The notes below the pieces were generated by a model. That model did no database searches, had not been told where the DNA came from, and saw only the letters and a list, made by a program, of their open reading frames with translations. The position numbers and the translations under genes were made by a program. Below, piece by piece: positions 35,416 to 45,858 of a stretch of DNA of 64,000 nt (its first letter is position 1; each line of letters opens with the position of its first letter). Source of the DNA: a virus (taxonomy: Duplodnaviria > Heunggongvirae > Uroviricota > Caudoviricetes); IMG/VR virus record IMGVR_UViG_3300017565_000001, positions 205,741-269,740 of that record; one strand, 5' to 3'.

Positions 35416-35574
35416 AGGCTACTGGCCTCTGAGAAAGGTGATCTTCGGATCACCTTTTTTGTAACCATGTGAAATATTTCTTCATTTGGTGTTGACTTGT
35501 CCAACCACGTATGTACAATGTGATACATGGCGGTAACGCACAAACAACTGAAGCAAACACAAGAAGAGTTAAAC

Positions 35575-35988
35575 ATGGCAAACGCACAAACGGTCGAAAT
35601 CCTGAAGGTTGGTCACGCTCTGGTCGCTGGCACCCGTGGTGAAAATGGCGGCGCTCCTAGCAAGGACAGCATCTGGGGTTTGGCGCGTATCCAAGGCAAC
35701 CTGGTCAAGTTCTACGGTCGTCGCGGTGGTGTGCTGCGCTACAAGACGGCTCGTAAGGTCGATCTGGAACTGGTCCTCGCGCAATACGACAGCAAGCTGA
35801 ACGGCACCGACGGCAAGGGCATCCAATACAAGGACCTCACGGCCGACGAACAAGCGATCGTGGTCCCCGGTCTGCAAGACTTCGTGAAGAAGGGCTTCTA
35901 CAAGGCCATGGGCTGCGGCAAGCTGAACAACCGTGACACCAAGAAGCCGGCCAAGGCTGCTCCGGTGGCAGACGCTGCGACGGCCTAA
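35575..35988 (+). CDS. hypothetical protein, highly expressed codon bias
   Basis: TTCATTTGG promoter; terminator 36008-36032. Confidence 0.8.
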   Translation: MANAQTVEILKVGHALVAGTRGENGGAPSKDSIWGLARIQGNLVKFYGRRGGVLRYKTARKVDLELVLAQYDSKLNGTDGKGIQYKDLTADEQAIVVPGLQDFVKKGFYKAMGCGKLNNRDTKKPAKAAPVADAATA

Positions 35989-36049
35989 ACAAACAGGATA
36001 CAAACAACAAAGGGACCCCTGGGGTCCCTTTTCGTTGTATAATGGCACC

Positions 36050-36343
36050 ATGCAAAAGACCATCTCCAACGGTGTCATTACCGATCGGGCAAGTTATCAC
36101 ATTGTCAACCAATATGGTTGGGAGCCTCGTGCTTGTTTTGAAATCCTCTATACACTTCCAGGATTTGGTGCCAACGAGTCTGCCGCGCTCGCTGACATCG
36201 AGGCTACGTTGTGGCAAACTGTAAATGGGCGAGTCTATCACTACTACGAAACCCTTTTGCGCGACTACGAGTTCTGTATAACATTCACCATTTACTTTGA
36301 ACACCAGGAAGATGCCCTATTGTTCAAATTGGCAGCCGCCTGA
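36050..36343 (+). CDS. FExxEDAxxFKL family protein
   Basis: FEHQEDALLFKL. Confidence 0.75.
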   Translation: MQKTISNGVITDRASYHIVNQYGWEPRACFEILYTLPGFGANESAALADIEATLWQTVNGRVYHYYETLLRDYEFCITFTIYFEHQEDALLFKLAAA

Positions 36344-36642
36344 TGGACCAACGTGATATCGTTATGAGCGACATGGTGCTACCGTCGTCGCCTATCTATA
36401 TGGTTGGTAATGAACAAGTCACTATGGTGGCCGGACTTGTTATCGACTGTCATTGTGACTTCATGCAAGCACTCGACTATCGTCTTGAAATGGAAACGTG
36501 GCTCAAAAATAATGGCCAAGCCAGATTTAACGTCATTATGAATTCAGCTCATAAAGAATACGATAGACCTTGCTATCGTGTTCGAATATTATTCGAAAGC
36601 ATCGAAGACGCCATCTATATCAAGTTGAAATACGGTGGGTGA
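36343..36642 (+). CDS. FExxEDAxxFKL family protein
   Basis: FESIEDAIYIKLKY. Confidence 0.75.
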   Translation: MDQRDIVMSDMVLPSSPIYMVGNEQVTMVAGLVIDCHCDFMQALDYRLEMETWLKNNGQARFNVIMNSAHKEYDRPCYRVRILFESIEDAIYIKLKYGG

Positions 36643-36717
36643 ACTGAAGTTTGATTGGTGTTGATCCAAACGAATTTTCATGTAGAATGAATACTTCATC
36701 AAACAAGGAGGATCACC

Positions 36718-37104
36718 ATGCACGCTCGCGTCACCGCCTACAAGGGCCATATTGTCATCGAACTGTTGACGCTGGTTTCCATCCCCAACGAAACCTCCGT
36801 GTCGATGGACAACCCCGGCAACTTCGGTCAAGTCATCATGAACACCGAAAAGAACCTGGGCGTGTCCCAAGAAGCCATCGAACTCCTGAAAACCGTCAAA
36901 AGTGGTCCTGACGGCATTGGTGCTGTTGACTGGTTCGCCACTGAAACTGCCGCAGGCAAGGGCCATGCGTTTTCGTGGATCGGTGGACAATATGCGTTGG
37001 TTCTCGCAGCCGAGGCTGTCGCTAGCCGTCAATGGGAAATGGGCAAGTATGTGTCTATCCCCAACGACGTGCCACAAGGTGCAATGGAAGCTATCGACGG
37101 CTGA
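36718..37104 (+). CDS. hypothetical protein
   Basis: AGGAGG RBS. Confidence 0.8.
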   Translation: MHARVTAYKGHIVIELLTLVSIPNETSVSMDNPGNFGQVIMNTEKNLGVSQEAIELLKTVKSGPDGIGAVDWFATETAAGKGHAFSWIGGQYALVLAAEAVASRQWEMGKYVSIPNDVPQGAMEAIDG

Positions 37105-37409
37105 TGTTGAAACCAACAACGATCAAGACAGTTGAACCCAGTTGTGTTCCGGCTGGGTTGATCAACCTCTATGCCAAGACTTTGCGGCCCAGCTCTTGTG
37201 TGTACATGCAATTTAAGAAGAATTCTTCGCCAAAAGCCAAGGATCAATATCACGACTACAAGAAGCAGTTGAAGAAGTGGCTTCAGGCTAACATCTCTGG
37301 CAAGAATTGTTGCATCACATCAACGGGCGGTCGATCTATTCAAATGTGGATTTTATTTGAAAGCGATAGTGATGCAATGGTGTTCAGACTGTCGTGGGAA
37401 ACGTCATGA
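37104..37409 (+). CDS. FExxEDAxxFKL family protein
   Basis: FESDSDAMVFRLSW. Confidence 0.75.
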   Translation: MLKPTTIKTVEPSCVPAGLINLYAKTLRPSSCVYMQFKKNSSPKAKDQYHDYKKQLKKWLQANISGKNCCITSTGGRSIQMWILFESDSDAMVFRLSWETS

Positions 37410-37705
37410 TTCTAGTTCCCAAAAAGATTAAGATAGTTGATCCAAAGGACGTCCATAAAGGCTTCTGGATGCGGCGTGGGCTGACGACCTTGGAGTATTG
37501 CCTATACATGAAAGTCACCAGAACAGTCAGCATTGTGGGTGATGACAGTTTTCATGTCTACAAGAAGGCTTTGAAAAAATGGTTGCGGACCAACCCATCA
37601 GGGCGGGCAAACTATGTATCAGGTACCTACAACAAAAATTATCGCATCTGGGTGCTGTTTGAAAAAGAAGAAGATGGTATGATGTTCAGACTTTCTTGGG
37701 GCTGA
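37406..37705 (+). CDS. FExxEDAxxFKL family protein
   Basis: FEKEEDGMMFRLSW. Confidence 0.75.
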   Translation: MILVPKKIKIVDPKDVHKGFWMRRGLTTLEYCLYMKVTRTVSIVGDDSFHVYKKALKKWLRTNPSGRANYVSGTYNKNYRIWVLFEKEEDGMMFRLSWG

Positions 37706-37708
37706 CTT

Positions 37709-38008
37709 ATGAAGCCTGGATTCACTTGTTCAATCAATACCTATTGTAGAGGCCAGGTATTATTCCTACCTGACGGGCGGCGAAAAACGCCCCGAGCCAC
37801 TATGCAGCTTTCTTGGAGGGCGAAATCTCCCAGCGAACATTTTGCGTTCAAGGACGAGATCATGCGGTGGGCAAAAGACAGTTGTCTGGGGGCTATCAAT
37901 TTTTATGGAGGCAGTGCCACGCCACAATCCAATGGTTTCTGGTGTACGCTTCGGTTTCGCTTTGAACTGCTGGAAGACGTGGCAACTTTTAAGCTGGCTT
38001 GGTGTTGA
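37709..38008 (+). CDS. FExxEDAxxFKL family protein
   Basis: FELLEDVATFKLAW. Confidence 0.75.
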   Translation: MKPGFTCSINTYCRGQVLFLPDGRRKTPRATMQLSWRAKSPSEHFAFKDEIMRWAKDSCLGAINFYGGSATPQSNGFWCTLRFRFELLEDVATFKLAWC

Positions 38009-38102
38009 CTTTAAACCAAACTGGCATTATCATTTGCCTTGTAGTAACTCAATGGTAGCGGATGGGGCTCGAAAATCCATTCACAACTATTGGGAGATTT
38101 AC

Positions 38103-38675
38103 ATGAAGAAGATTGTTTCGCTGTTCGTGCGTGACTTTACTGGTAATCGCAAGGTCATGGACCAGGTTTCGCCTGGAGCGGAATGGGTAGCTGATGGAGA
38201 AGGCGTTGCCACTCGTAAATGGGATGGTATCGCCGTAATGGTGAGGGGAGGCCAATATTTCCGGCGTTACGACGCCAAGACCGGTCGAACCCCTCCCCAG
38301 GACTTCATCCCGGCCCAACCGCAACCTGACCCGAAGAGTGGGCATTGGCCTGGTTGGGTCCCTGCTGTTCTACCCGAGTCCAAGTACATCTTGGCAGGAA
38401 TCGAGTGGGGCAAGCGGAATCTGTTCCAGGACGGCGCGATCCCTGATGGGACCTACGAAGTTTGTGGGCCTCGTATCGGAACCCGCCATGGTGCCAACCC
38501 TGAGGGACTGACTGAGCACATCTTGGTTCGTCATGGCCAAGATGAACTGGCTGATTGCCCGCGAGACTTTCAAGGCTTGATGACTTACTTGTCTGATAAG
38601 TGCATTGAAGGAATTGTGTGGCACCATCCAGATGGTCGTATGGTGAAGATCAAGAAAGCTGACTTCCCATACTAA
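38103..38675 (+). CDS. ATP-dependent RNA ligase-like protein (DUF5565/RLIG1-type)
   Basis: ATRKWDG (KxDG), HWPGWVP, GTYEVCG, EGIVW, KIK nucleotidyltransferase motifs. Confidence 0.75.
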   Translation: MKKIVSLFVRDFTGNRKVMDQVSPGAEWVADGEGVATRKWDGIAVMVRGGQYFRRYDAKTGRTPPQDFIPAQPQPDPKSGHWPGWVPAVLPESKYILAGIEWGKRNLFQDGAIPDGTYEVCGPRIGTRHGANPEGLTEHILVRHGQDELADCPRDFQGLMTYLSDKCIEGIVWHHPDGRMVKIKKADFPY

Positions 38676-38723
38676 TATTGGTGGTTGAGATTTCTCTCAA
38701 CCACCATTTTCATAGGACAAAAT

Positions 38724-39020
38724 ATGACCGAGAATCAAATTGACCAACCTTCCAACGAAGCCCTTGCGGAAGCGGAGTACCTGATCGTCAAGATCAAGAA
38801 GCTGAACGGCAATGATTATTCGGGTCTGAGGGCCGAGATCGCCCTGTTCTTCGACAATTTCCTGTGGCAAGGCAATTGGGACTGCACCCTGGCTATCGAT
38901 ACGGAGCTCCCCAATCTGCGCTTCATCCAAGAAGATGAATACGATCAACACATGGATGAAAGTGATGACAAGCCCGATTATGACCTGTACGCTTGCGGTC
39001 ATTACGTCATCTTTGTCTGA
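38724..39020 (+). CDS. hypothetical protein
   Basis: AGGA RBS. Confidence 0.7.
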   Translation: MTENQIDQPSNEALAEAEYLIVKIKKLNGNDYSGLRAEIALFFDNFLWQGNWDCTLAIDTELPNLRFIQEDEYDQHMDESDDKPDYDLYACGHYVIFV

Positions 39021-39098
39021 TCATTCATTTGGTGCTTGACTCTGAGTGAAACCATGTTTATCATTTGATACATGGTAAGCAAACACAAGGAGCAGTAA

Positions 39099-39389
39099 AT
39101 GAATGTGACTTTCATCAAGCGCGACAAGGACCAAGTTGAAGCTGATCTGAAAGCAAAGGCTGCTGTCTATGCCCGTGAAGCATTGGGTAAGTCACTCACC
39201 ATTCGTCTCGCTGCTCAGAACCGCCCCTCGCGTGCTGCCGTGTCCACTGCCACGGGCATCATCGTTGAATGCGAGTTTGGGCGCTTCGACTACACCCTGG
39301 CGAAGGCTACGGTGGTCTTCCGCGTGGTGATGGAATGTGGCCCCAACAAAGTGCGCCGCGAAACGTTCGTGAAGAACTTGCCGGCATAA
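39099..39389 (+). CDS. hypothetical protein
   Basis: AAGGAG RBS, TTCATTTGG promoter. Confidence 0.8.
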   Translation: MNVTFIKRDKDQVEADLKAKAAVYAREALGKSLTIRLAAQNRPSRAAVSTATGIIVECEFGRFDYTLAKATVVFRVVMECGPNKVRRETFVKNLPA

Positions 39390-39398
39390 GGTGAGCAA

Positions 39399-39722
39399 GT
39401 GTTCGACGTGTCATTACCCTGGCTAGACCAAATAACGGATTACGATCCAATTTGGTGGGAGTGGGAAAACTACAGTTTCAAAATCAGGGCAGTCTTCATG
39501 TTGGCATCAACACATGAAATGAATCTCGCCTTGGATGAAGTTGAGCGGGCCATGATTCATATTGATGCGACGAAATACAGCATCAATCAACATCCGAGTT
39601 TCGCTTCGATTGTGGTTTACTTTGATGCGGACGACCTGGACTGGTTGACGATTCTCAGGCTGCAAACCAGTTCTGATGATCCAGTGCAAAAACATTTGAT
39701 GCAGATCGAGAAATTAGCTTGA
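39399..39722 (+). CDS. hypothetical protein
   Basis: GTG start, AAGGTG RBS. Confidence 0.65.
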   Translation: MFDVSLPWLDQITDYDPIWWEWENYSFKIRAVFMLASTHEMNLALDEVERAMIHIDATKYSINQHPSFASIVVYFDADDLDWLTILRLQTSSDDPVQKHLMQIEKLA

Positions 39723-39781
39723 CGCCAAATGAATCCATGTTTATCATTTGATACATGGTAAACAACACGCAGGAGAAACAA

Positions 39782-40096
39782 ATGGCCCGTAAACAAATGT
39801 CCGAAGCTGAACAAGTCGATGCGTTCTTCGCCAAGATCGAAAAGCAGAACCAGGAACGTGATGCCAAGGTCAAGGTCACCCAGGAAGATGTGGTGAAGGA
39901 AGCCAAGTTTCTGCTGGACTGGGCCAAGAGCAAGGAAGTCGTGATCGATCTCAACATGACCAACTACTACCGTTGCGGTAAGTACATGTCCAAGATCTTG
40001 CCCAAGGTGGTTGATGCTATGCTGGAACAGGGCCTGATCACCGGTTCCAAGACCCGCTTCAAGATGAACAAAGCCGCCGTCAAAGCTCTGGGTTAA
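39782..40096 (+). CDS. hypothetical protein
   Basis: AGGAG RBS, CCAAATGAA promoter. Confidence 0.8.
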   Translation: MARKQMSEAEQVDAFFAKIEKQNQERDAKVKVTQEDVVKEAKFLLDWAKSKEVVIDLNMTNYYRCGKYMSKILPKVVDAMLEQGLITGSKTRFKMNKAAVKALG

Positions 40097-40106
40097 GGAG
40101 AAACAC

Positions 40107-40400
40107 ATGGAACTCAAAGTCACCAGAATCGAAGAACAAGCCACGTACTGCGGTTTCAAGTTCAAGGTGATCACTGACGGTAACGGTGAAGTGACCGTGT
40201 TCCGCGTCACTGCTGACCGTCCCTGGATCCCACCCAGCACCTTCGTCCTGACCCTTCGGGATGGTGAAGTTGCTTGGGCGCATTCGTTCAAGGTCAATAC
40301 CCCGTTCAAGTTCAACAGCAAGGTCGAGGCCATGGATTGGCTGACCCGCACTGGCCCTGATGGCATCAAGAATGCCGTGATGGCTGCGATTGTTCTGTAA
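40107..40400 (+). CDS. hypothetical protein
   Basis: AAGGAG RBS. Confidence 0.8.
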   Translation: MELKVTRIEEQATYCGFKFKVITDGNGEVTVFRVTADRPWIPPSTFVLTLRDGEVAWAHSFKVNTPFKFNSKVEAMDWLTRTGPDGIKNAVMAAIVL

Positions 40401-40410
40401 GGAGAGCATC

Positions 40411-40602
40411 ATGCCTGAAATCACCGAAGACGAAACCTATTTCGGTCGTGGAGTCTACGTTTACTGCGATCAACATATGCGTCCGCATTCCACGGGCTGG
40501 TGTACGGTCGGTCTGAAGCACAAACAGAAGCTGGATGCCGATAACATCCAGGACGCCTACGTGGAATGCGAAGCCAAAGAACTGAAAGTTTTCAAGGGGT
40601 AA
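40411..40602 (+). CDS. hypothetical protein, CxxHxxPHxTGWC motif
   Basis: AAGGAG RBS. Confidence 0.75.
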   Translation: MPEITEDETYFGRGVYVYCDQHMRPHSTGWCTVGLKHKQKLDADNIQDAYVECEAKELKVFKG

Positions 40603-40605
40603 AAC

Positions 40606-40908
40606 ATGGAAGATAAGATCATCATTCGTGAAAACGAAAAACTGCTGGAAGCTGCCAAGAATCTGTTCGGCCCGGAACTCGTGGCCAATGCGTGGCTGTG
40701 TACTGATTGTGAAGATTTCTACACGGTCGCCGACTACAAGGAACAGTTGGACAATCGCGAAACTTATCTGCGCACCGACGACACCAAGATCGACCTGGAT
40801 GCAATTTCGTTCATCATCAAACTGGTAAACGGCAATTGTCTGGAGTTCACGGCTTCGGAATGGGGAGCTATCACCAAGATTCCGGAAGCCAACCTGCAAA
40901 GGGAGTGA
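40606..40908 (+). CDS. hypothetical protein
   Basis: operonic ORF. Confidence 0.75.
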   Translation: MEDKIIIRENEKLLEAAKNLFGPELVANAWLCTDCEDFYTVADYKEQLDNRETYLRTDDTKIDLDAISFIIKLVNGNCLEFTASEWGAITKIPEANLQRE

Positions 40909-41096
40909 TTTGCGCTTGATTGCCAATTGTTCTATAATTGGCAATATGCAAAACGTAGATTACATCGTCCAAGCAGCGGGATATTTTGGTGTTGGTGCCG
41001 TGATCGGCATGTTCACTTACCTGCTGGTTGAGTACACCCGTGTCGCCATTCGATACTTCAAGCGGCGCTTGCCGCAAGATCACAAGGAGTAACTCC

Positions 41097-41330
41097 ATGC
41101 AAGCTCAACAAGTCCTGAACCAAGCCCTGAACCTTCTGCAGACTGGTGAGCAACTGTTCGCCGAAGAAGCGGTGAAGTGTGTGGAACTCCGTCACGCGGT
41201 TTCCACCAACGCCCTGCAAATCCTAGCTCTGGCTCCCGGCAACGAGCAAGAACGCATCCAGAACGCAATCAACATGGCTCCGTACACCATTGCTGTTGGT
41301 GAACCTGGTCCGGTAGCAGTCGCAGCCTAA
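41097..41330 (+). CDS. hypothetical protein
   Basis: AAGGAG RBS. Confidence 0.7.
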   Translation: MQAQQVLNQALNLLQTGEQLFAEEAVKCVELRHAVSTNALQILALAPGNEQERIQNAINMAPYTIAVGEPGPVAVAA

Positions 41331-41376
41331 ATGAATAGCGATGATCAAAAGTCATCGCTATTCATTTGAATAGATC

Positions 41377-41673
41377 ATGGAACTAAAAGAAATCTCATTG
41401 ATTTCGTTGATCTCACACGATTGTTCAAATGGCTTTGGGTACTATGATTTCAATAGATCAGGAACGCGCTGGCTGATAGCAAAGTACATTGAACTGACTG
41501 ACGCTGTACATTACCGTGTGGACGACAGATTGGCAGTTATATTTGCCGATCAACACGACCAATGGTGGATTGGCGCGTATTGGCAAGACGATCAAGAATG
41601 GTTTGATATCATGGGCCCGTACGATACCAGCGCTGACGCTTATGTCATGTTGACCCTAGTCGGAAGTAAATAA
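41377..41673 (+). CDS. W..A...DxGPF family protein
   Basis: WWIGA..DIMGPYDT. Confidence 0.7.
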   Translation: MELKEISLISLISHDCSNGFGYYDFNRSGTRWLIAKYIELTDAVHYRVDDRLAVIFADQHDQWWIGAYWQDDQEWFDIMGPYDTSADAYVMLTLVGSK

Positions 41674-41743
41674 AGCAGCACACAACAGGCTCATTTGGCG
41701 TTTTAAATAAGAACAGTATTTGATGTTCTTATGGTGAAAGGCT

Positions 41744-42370
41744 ATGAGCTGGTTGTTCTGTTATTACGTGGAAACTCGATACGGTTGCATTTATCGCTTC
41801 CCAAATCCGTGGTTCAACCAAGAAGCCATTCTGGATGCCTGTCCAGGAGCCATCTTTCACTGCTCTGAATCCCACCAAATCCACGCTATCGGCGGTTTCC
41901 TGAAAAACTTCGGTCTGCGAACATGCATGATTATTGAAGTCAAGAGCGACGCTGAGGCAATGATTCTTCGTTTGATGGATGATCAGGTTGTTTCAATGAA
42001 TCATAGCATGAAGAGTAAACCACCTTCCTTGCAGTTGATTCTTGAGAACCCTGATATGAAAACACTAGACGAACTATCCCAACCCCTCATAGAGTACAAG
42101 AAAGGGGACACCAAGCGACGTTCTGACAATAGGGCTTGTCAGACCCTTCAGAAACAAGTTGATCGCGTGGTGATGACCTTAGAGGACCTGGAGGGGTCTA
42201 TCAGTACTGAGTTCATTGAGAAAGCTTCTGCATTCGTTGATGACAGCCTTCAGGAAATTGAACGCATCCGCAATGAAGGTCGAGTTGAATCCCGTAAAGC
42301 CACCGCCGCCCGAAAGGCGCTTCAAAAGAAACTCTTAAGTTTCTCCACATATATCAAACCAGCCCCTTGA
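41744..42370 (+). CDS. hypothetical protein
   Basis: 208-aa ORF. Confidence 0.75.
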   Translation: MSWLFCYYVETRYGCIYRFPNPWFNQEAILDACPGAIFHCSESHQIHAIGGFLKNFGLRTCMIIEVKSDAEAMILRLMDDQVVSMNHSMKSKPPSLQLILENPDMKTLDELSQPLIEYKKGDTKRRSDNRACQTLQKQVDRVVMTLEDLEGSISTEFIEKASAFVDDSLQEIERIRNEGRVESRKATAARKALQKKLLSFSTYIKPAP

Positions 42371-42786
42371 TTGCCAGTTTGCCATACTCTATACTGATGT
42401 GGCAAATACAGGCCAAGCATGTGACTGACATCGATTCAAAACCCATCACCGTAAACTGTCCAACTGACAAGTTATCTTCAGCAGACCATGAAGTCGTTAC
42501 TCTGCGCCTGCTTGGTGAGCAGAAAACGATCCTGGACATAGATTGGCGATTCAAGCATCGAAGTCATCACATCAAATACGTGATATCAGGCAATGAACCA
42601 CACTGGTATGTAAATGGCTTCCGCACCTTGGTGGCCTTCATCAGTACGGGTCAGTGGTGGATCGTTGCTGACGATCCATTGTATGACTTGATGTTTAAAG
42701 ACATTGGACCATTCGTCACCGCCACGGCTGCCTTAGATTTCTTGAAAGCAGAACACGAACATCGTTTGGATGGACAAATCGAATGA
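42367..42786 (+). CDS. W..A...DxGPF family protein (start uncertain)
   Basis: WWIVA..DIGPF. Confidence 0.65.
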   Translation: MIASLPYSILMWQIQAKHVTDIDSKPITVNCPTDKLSSADHEVVTLRLLGEQKTILDIDWRFKHRSHHIKYVISGNEPHWYVNGFRTLVAFISTGQWWIVADDPLYDLMFKDIGPFVTATAALDFLKAEHEHRLDGQIE

Positions 42787-43094
42787 ATCCATATACCATT
42801 GCGGAAGTAAAAGAACAATTCGATACATTGCCTGAGGGTGTTTATTCCTTAGTTACCGCGTTCAACATTGAGCGGCATCGAGGCAATAAGATGCTTGCGG
42901 TTGTAAGTCCCACGCATCGATCATTTTACATTGATGGTATGGCCTGTGTGGTTCTCTCCCTAGTGGACAAGCCAGGATGGCTCATCGTGGCCAATTACTA
43001 TGGCGATGATGCGAAATTTACAGACATCGGTCCCTTCAACGACTTGCACGAAGCTTTGACTTATGTGCATCTGCGCAAGGATGTACTGGAATGA
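42783..43094 (+). CDS. W..A...DxGPF family protein
   Basis: WLIVAN..DIGPFNDLHEA. Confidence 0.75.
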   Translation: MNPYTIAEVKEQFDTLPEGVYSLVTAFNIERHRGNKMLAVVSPTHRSFYIDGMACVVLSLVDKPGWLIVANYYGDDAKFTDIGPFNDLHEALTYVHLRKDVLE

Positions 43095-43447
43095 CTGTGA
43101 TCGACCAAACGATTTTGGATCTTCATGATCAATTGGAGCAAGATATCATATGGTTCAAATTGCTCGATTCCGACCAATTGACGATGGATTCATATCCTGG
43201 GCGTCGTCACCGCCAGTATTTGTTTGACTACACGGTCGCTCATAGTGGAAATAATTCGTTTTGGGTGAAGCAGGAGATTGAATTCATAATCGTGCATTTG
43301 ACTGATCTAGAAGTCACCGGATGGTGGCTGGTCGCCAATTCTCGAAATGAGGATGAGTTGTTTGACGATCAAGGGCCATTCACAAACCTGCATGACGCTA
43401 TTGTGGCTGCGAACGAATATTCAGACATGGATGTACCCAATGAGTGA
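43091..43447 (+). CDS. W..A...DxGPF family protein
   Basis: WWLVAN..DQGPFTNLHDA. Confidence 0.75.
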   Translation: MTVIDQTILDLHDQLEQDIIWFKLLDSDQLTMDSYPGRRHRQYLFDYTVAHSGNNSFWVKQEIEFIIVHLTDLEVTGWWLVANSRNEDELFDDQGPFTNLHDAIVAANEYSDMDVPNE

Positions 43448-43763
43448 GCCACTATTGACTCAACTGTTGTGGCTCAAGAAGCACACTAATTGGGAATATG
43501 ACATTGTTCTTGATGATGAAAGCAAAAACAAACATCGAGAAACCATGACAGCTTTGGTGTTCCTGATACCGTACACGGATCAAGATGAAATGCTGAACAT
43601 CATGATTGGTGATGTTCCCATGAATGCAGTAATTCTTGAACACGATCCTCATAAGTGGTATCTGATTCCGGCTGAACCATCAGATGATTGTCGTCAAGAT
43701 GATGTGGGTCCGTTTGATACAATTCAAGACATAATCTTTCACTCCAGCTTGCTATTCGCTTGA
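43440..43763 (+). CDS. W..A...DxGPF family protein
   Basis: WYLIPA..DVGPFDT. Confidence 0.7.
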   Translation: MSEPLLTQLLWLKKHTNWEYDIVLDDESKNKHRETMTALVFLIPYTDQDEMLNIMIGDVPMNAVILEHDPHKWYLIPAEPSDDCRQDDVGPFDTIQDIIFHSSLLFA

Positions 43764-43816
43764 CTTGGTAGCCAAATGAATTTACCATCACAACATGGTA
43801 AAGACAGGAGAGCTAA

Positions 43817-44989
43817 ATGGAAGCGATTGAAAGCAATGGCACGTTTCTGATCCCGGAAGCGAACTTCCCCAAGTTTGAGGCCGAGATGGCCAAGCTCAAC
43901 AAGCGGTCCCTGAAGCTTACTGGTGATGATATCACCTATGTGGTCTTTGGCTACGAGATGAAGGAGTTCGAGAAGGGTCAAGCAGTCAAGTGCTTCAATG
44001 TGCTGCTTACCGCCGAGGCTCCCAAGCTGAATGGCTGGACATTCCTGGCTCGCATCGACCATGCCAACAAAGAAGTTGGCAACATCGTTCACGTGGTACC
44101 CGGTCAAGTCCTGGATACCAAATATCGTGACGCTGGTAGCGTTTGCGAACATTGCAACGTGAATCGTTTCCGTCGTGATACGTTCGTGGTTCACAACGAA
44201 ACCACCCAGGAAACCAAGCAAGTGGGTCGAACCTGCTTGAAGGACTTCCTGGGTCACGAAAATCCCGAAGCCATGGCAAAGCGTGCCGAATTCCTGGGCT
44301 TTGCCGCTCAGCTGGGCCAAGTTCACAGCTACTCGAAGCCTGGTGAAGGATTCGTCCTGTACTTGAACATTCCTACCTTGCTGGAAAAGTTTGCCTACAC
44401 GGCCCGCGTTGAAGGTTACGTGAGCCGCAAGATGGCCATGGCGAATGAGAACCTGGAGACCACTGGTGGCCGTGCTTTTACGAGCAAGGATCTCCCAGTC
44501 GAAGAACAGGACGTATTGCTTGCGGAGCAGGCTCTGGAATGGGCAAAGAACCTGGGTGATGACGGCAGGGAGCTCTCGGATTACGAGCACAATATCAAGA
44601 CCCTGGCTGTCAGTGGTTACTGCACTCTGCGCTCAGTCAACTACGTGATGTCCATTATCCCCGCGTGGAGCCGTGCAACCGGCAATCTGTTTGCCAAGGG
44701 TCAAGCAAACGTCCCCCGCTATGTGAGCCAGTTTGTGGGTGCTGAGAAGGACAAGATCGAATTCCAGGGTACGATCGGCCGTATCACAGTCTGCGAAACG
44801 CAGTTTGGTTCTTCCCTGCGTGTTGCACTCAAGGACCTTACTGGTAACGAGTTTGTGTGGTTTACGGGCTCTGAAGTGAAAGCCAGTGAAGGCCAGAGCG
44901 TCAAGGTTCGTGCAACGGTTAAGGGGCACGAAGAATTCAACAACGTGCGTCGTACCCAGCTGACGCGCTGCAAGATCGAAATCGTCTAA
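43817..44989 (+). CDS. phage protein with CxxC..R.R..C motif and C-terminal OB-fold
   Basis: CEHCNVNR.R..QVG.TCL.DF; ATVK.H..F...TQLTR. Confidence 0.8.
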   Translation: MEAIESNGTFLIPEANFPKFEAEMAKLNKRSLKLTGDDITYVVFGYEMKEFEKGQAVKCFNVLLTAEAPKLNGWTFLARIDHANKEVGNIVHVVPGQVLDTKYRDAGSVCEHCNVNRFRRDTFVVHNETTQETKQVGRTCLKDFLGHENPEAMAKRAEFLGFAAQLGQVHSYSKPGEGFVLYLNIPTLLEKFAYTARVEGYVSRKMAMANENLETTGGRAFTSKDLPVEEQDVLLAEQALEWAKNLGDDGRELSDYEHNIKTLAVSGYCTLRSVNYVMSIIPAWSRATGNLFAKGQANVPRYVSQFVGAEKDKIEFQGTIGRITVCETQFGSSLRVALKDLTGNEFVWFTGSEVKASEGQSVKVRATVKGHEEFNNVRRTQLTRCKIEIV

Positions 44990-45000
44990 GGAGATCAACA

Positions 45001-45210
45001 ATGAATACTTTTATCGCCGCAGCTTTCCTGGTCATCAATTTTGGTGGCTACCAAAATGCCGCTGCTGTTCAAATTCCCATGCCGTCCTTGCTGGCATGTC
45101 AGACACGTCTTGCTGAGATTTACAAGGTGAATCCCACACCCATCCGCTACGCCATGTGCATTTCGACTGACATCAACGCACCCATCGTACCGTCCAAGAA
45201 TCTCTGGTAA
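45001..45210 (+). CDS. small exported protein
   Basis: hydrophobic N-terminus, two Cys, AAGGAG. Confidence 0.65.
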   Translation: MNTFIAAAFLVINFGGYQNAAAVQIPMPSLLACQTRLAEIYKVNPTPIRYAMCISTDINAPIVPSKNLW

Positions 45211-45258
45211 AACGTAACAGTCAGTTGATTATGGCGCTGAAAGGCGCCATAATGCTTT

Positions 45259-45849
45259 ATGGAATCAATGGGAGGAAGGATGACGTTCGATTTTGCGCCC
45301 ACATATGTTGCGAGCATCGATGCCGCCAGCCAAGCTACGACACGAAGCCGTAGCGCCTTGGGCTGTGAAGTTCTTACTCCAGAACTGCAACAGGCATTGG
45401 TACCTTTCCTGAACTTCATCAATGACAATATGGTCATCAATGAAGGCTATATGGGCCTGGAGCGGTCACGTCGTCAAGATATTCCAGAGTATATGCGCCA
45501 GCGTCTTGCCTTGATTTTCCATAAACGATCAAATCTCATCACAGTCAGTTGGATGTGGGAGCATATGGGTACGACTTATATGGTCGATGAATATGCGGCT
45601 GGTTCCCCTGGAGAATCTACGGATGTGGTGATCCGGGTCTCAACCGAAGACTGGATGATCTCCTTCTCCACCTCTAAATTCCTGGGATTCTGGCGTGATT
45701 CTGAACCCCGGGTTACCCTTTACACTGGTTGGGTTGATAACGAGCCTTTCTTCAAGAGGCGCCGTGTCAACGACACCATCGACTTCAAAATTCACAACGG
45801 TGAAGAAGCATTCTATCGCGACCTCATCATGCTGAAACTTTCCCTCTAA
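45259..45849 (+). CDS. hypothetical protein
   Basis: 196-aa ORF ending LKLSL. Confidence 0.7.
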   Translation: MESMGGRMTFDFAPTYVASIDAASQATTRSRSALGCEVLTPELQQALVPFLNFINDNMVINEGYMGLERSRRQDIPEYMRQRLALIFHKRSNLITVSWMWEHMGTTYMVDEYAAGSPGESTDVVIRVSTEDWMISFSTSKFLGFWRDSEPRVTLYTGWVDNEPFFKRRRVNDTIDFKIHNGEEAFYRDLIMLKLSL

Positions 45850-45858
45850 AGGAGCTTT

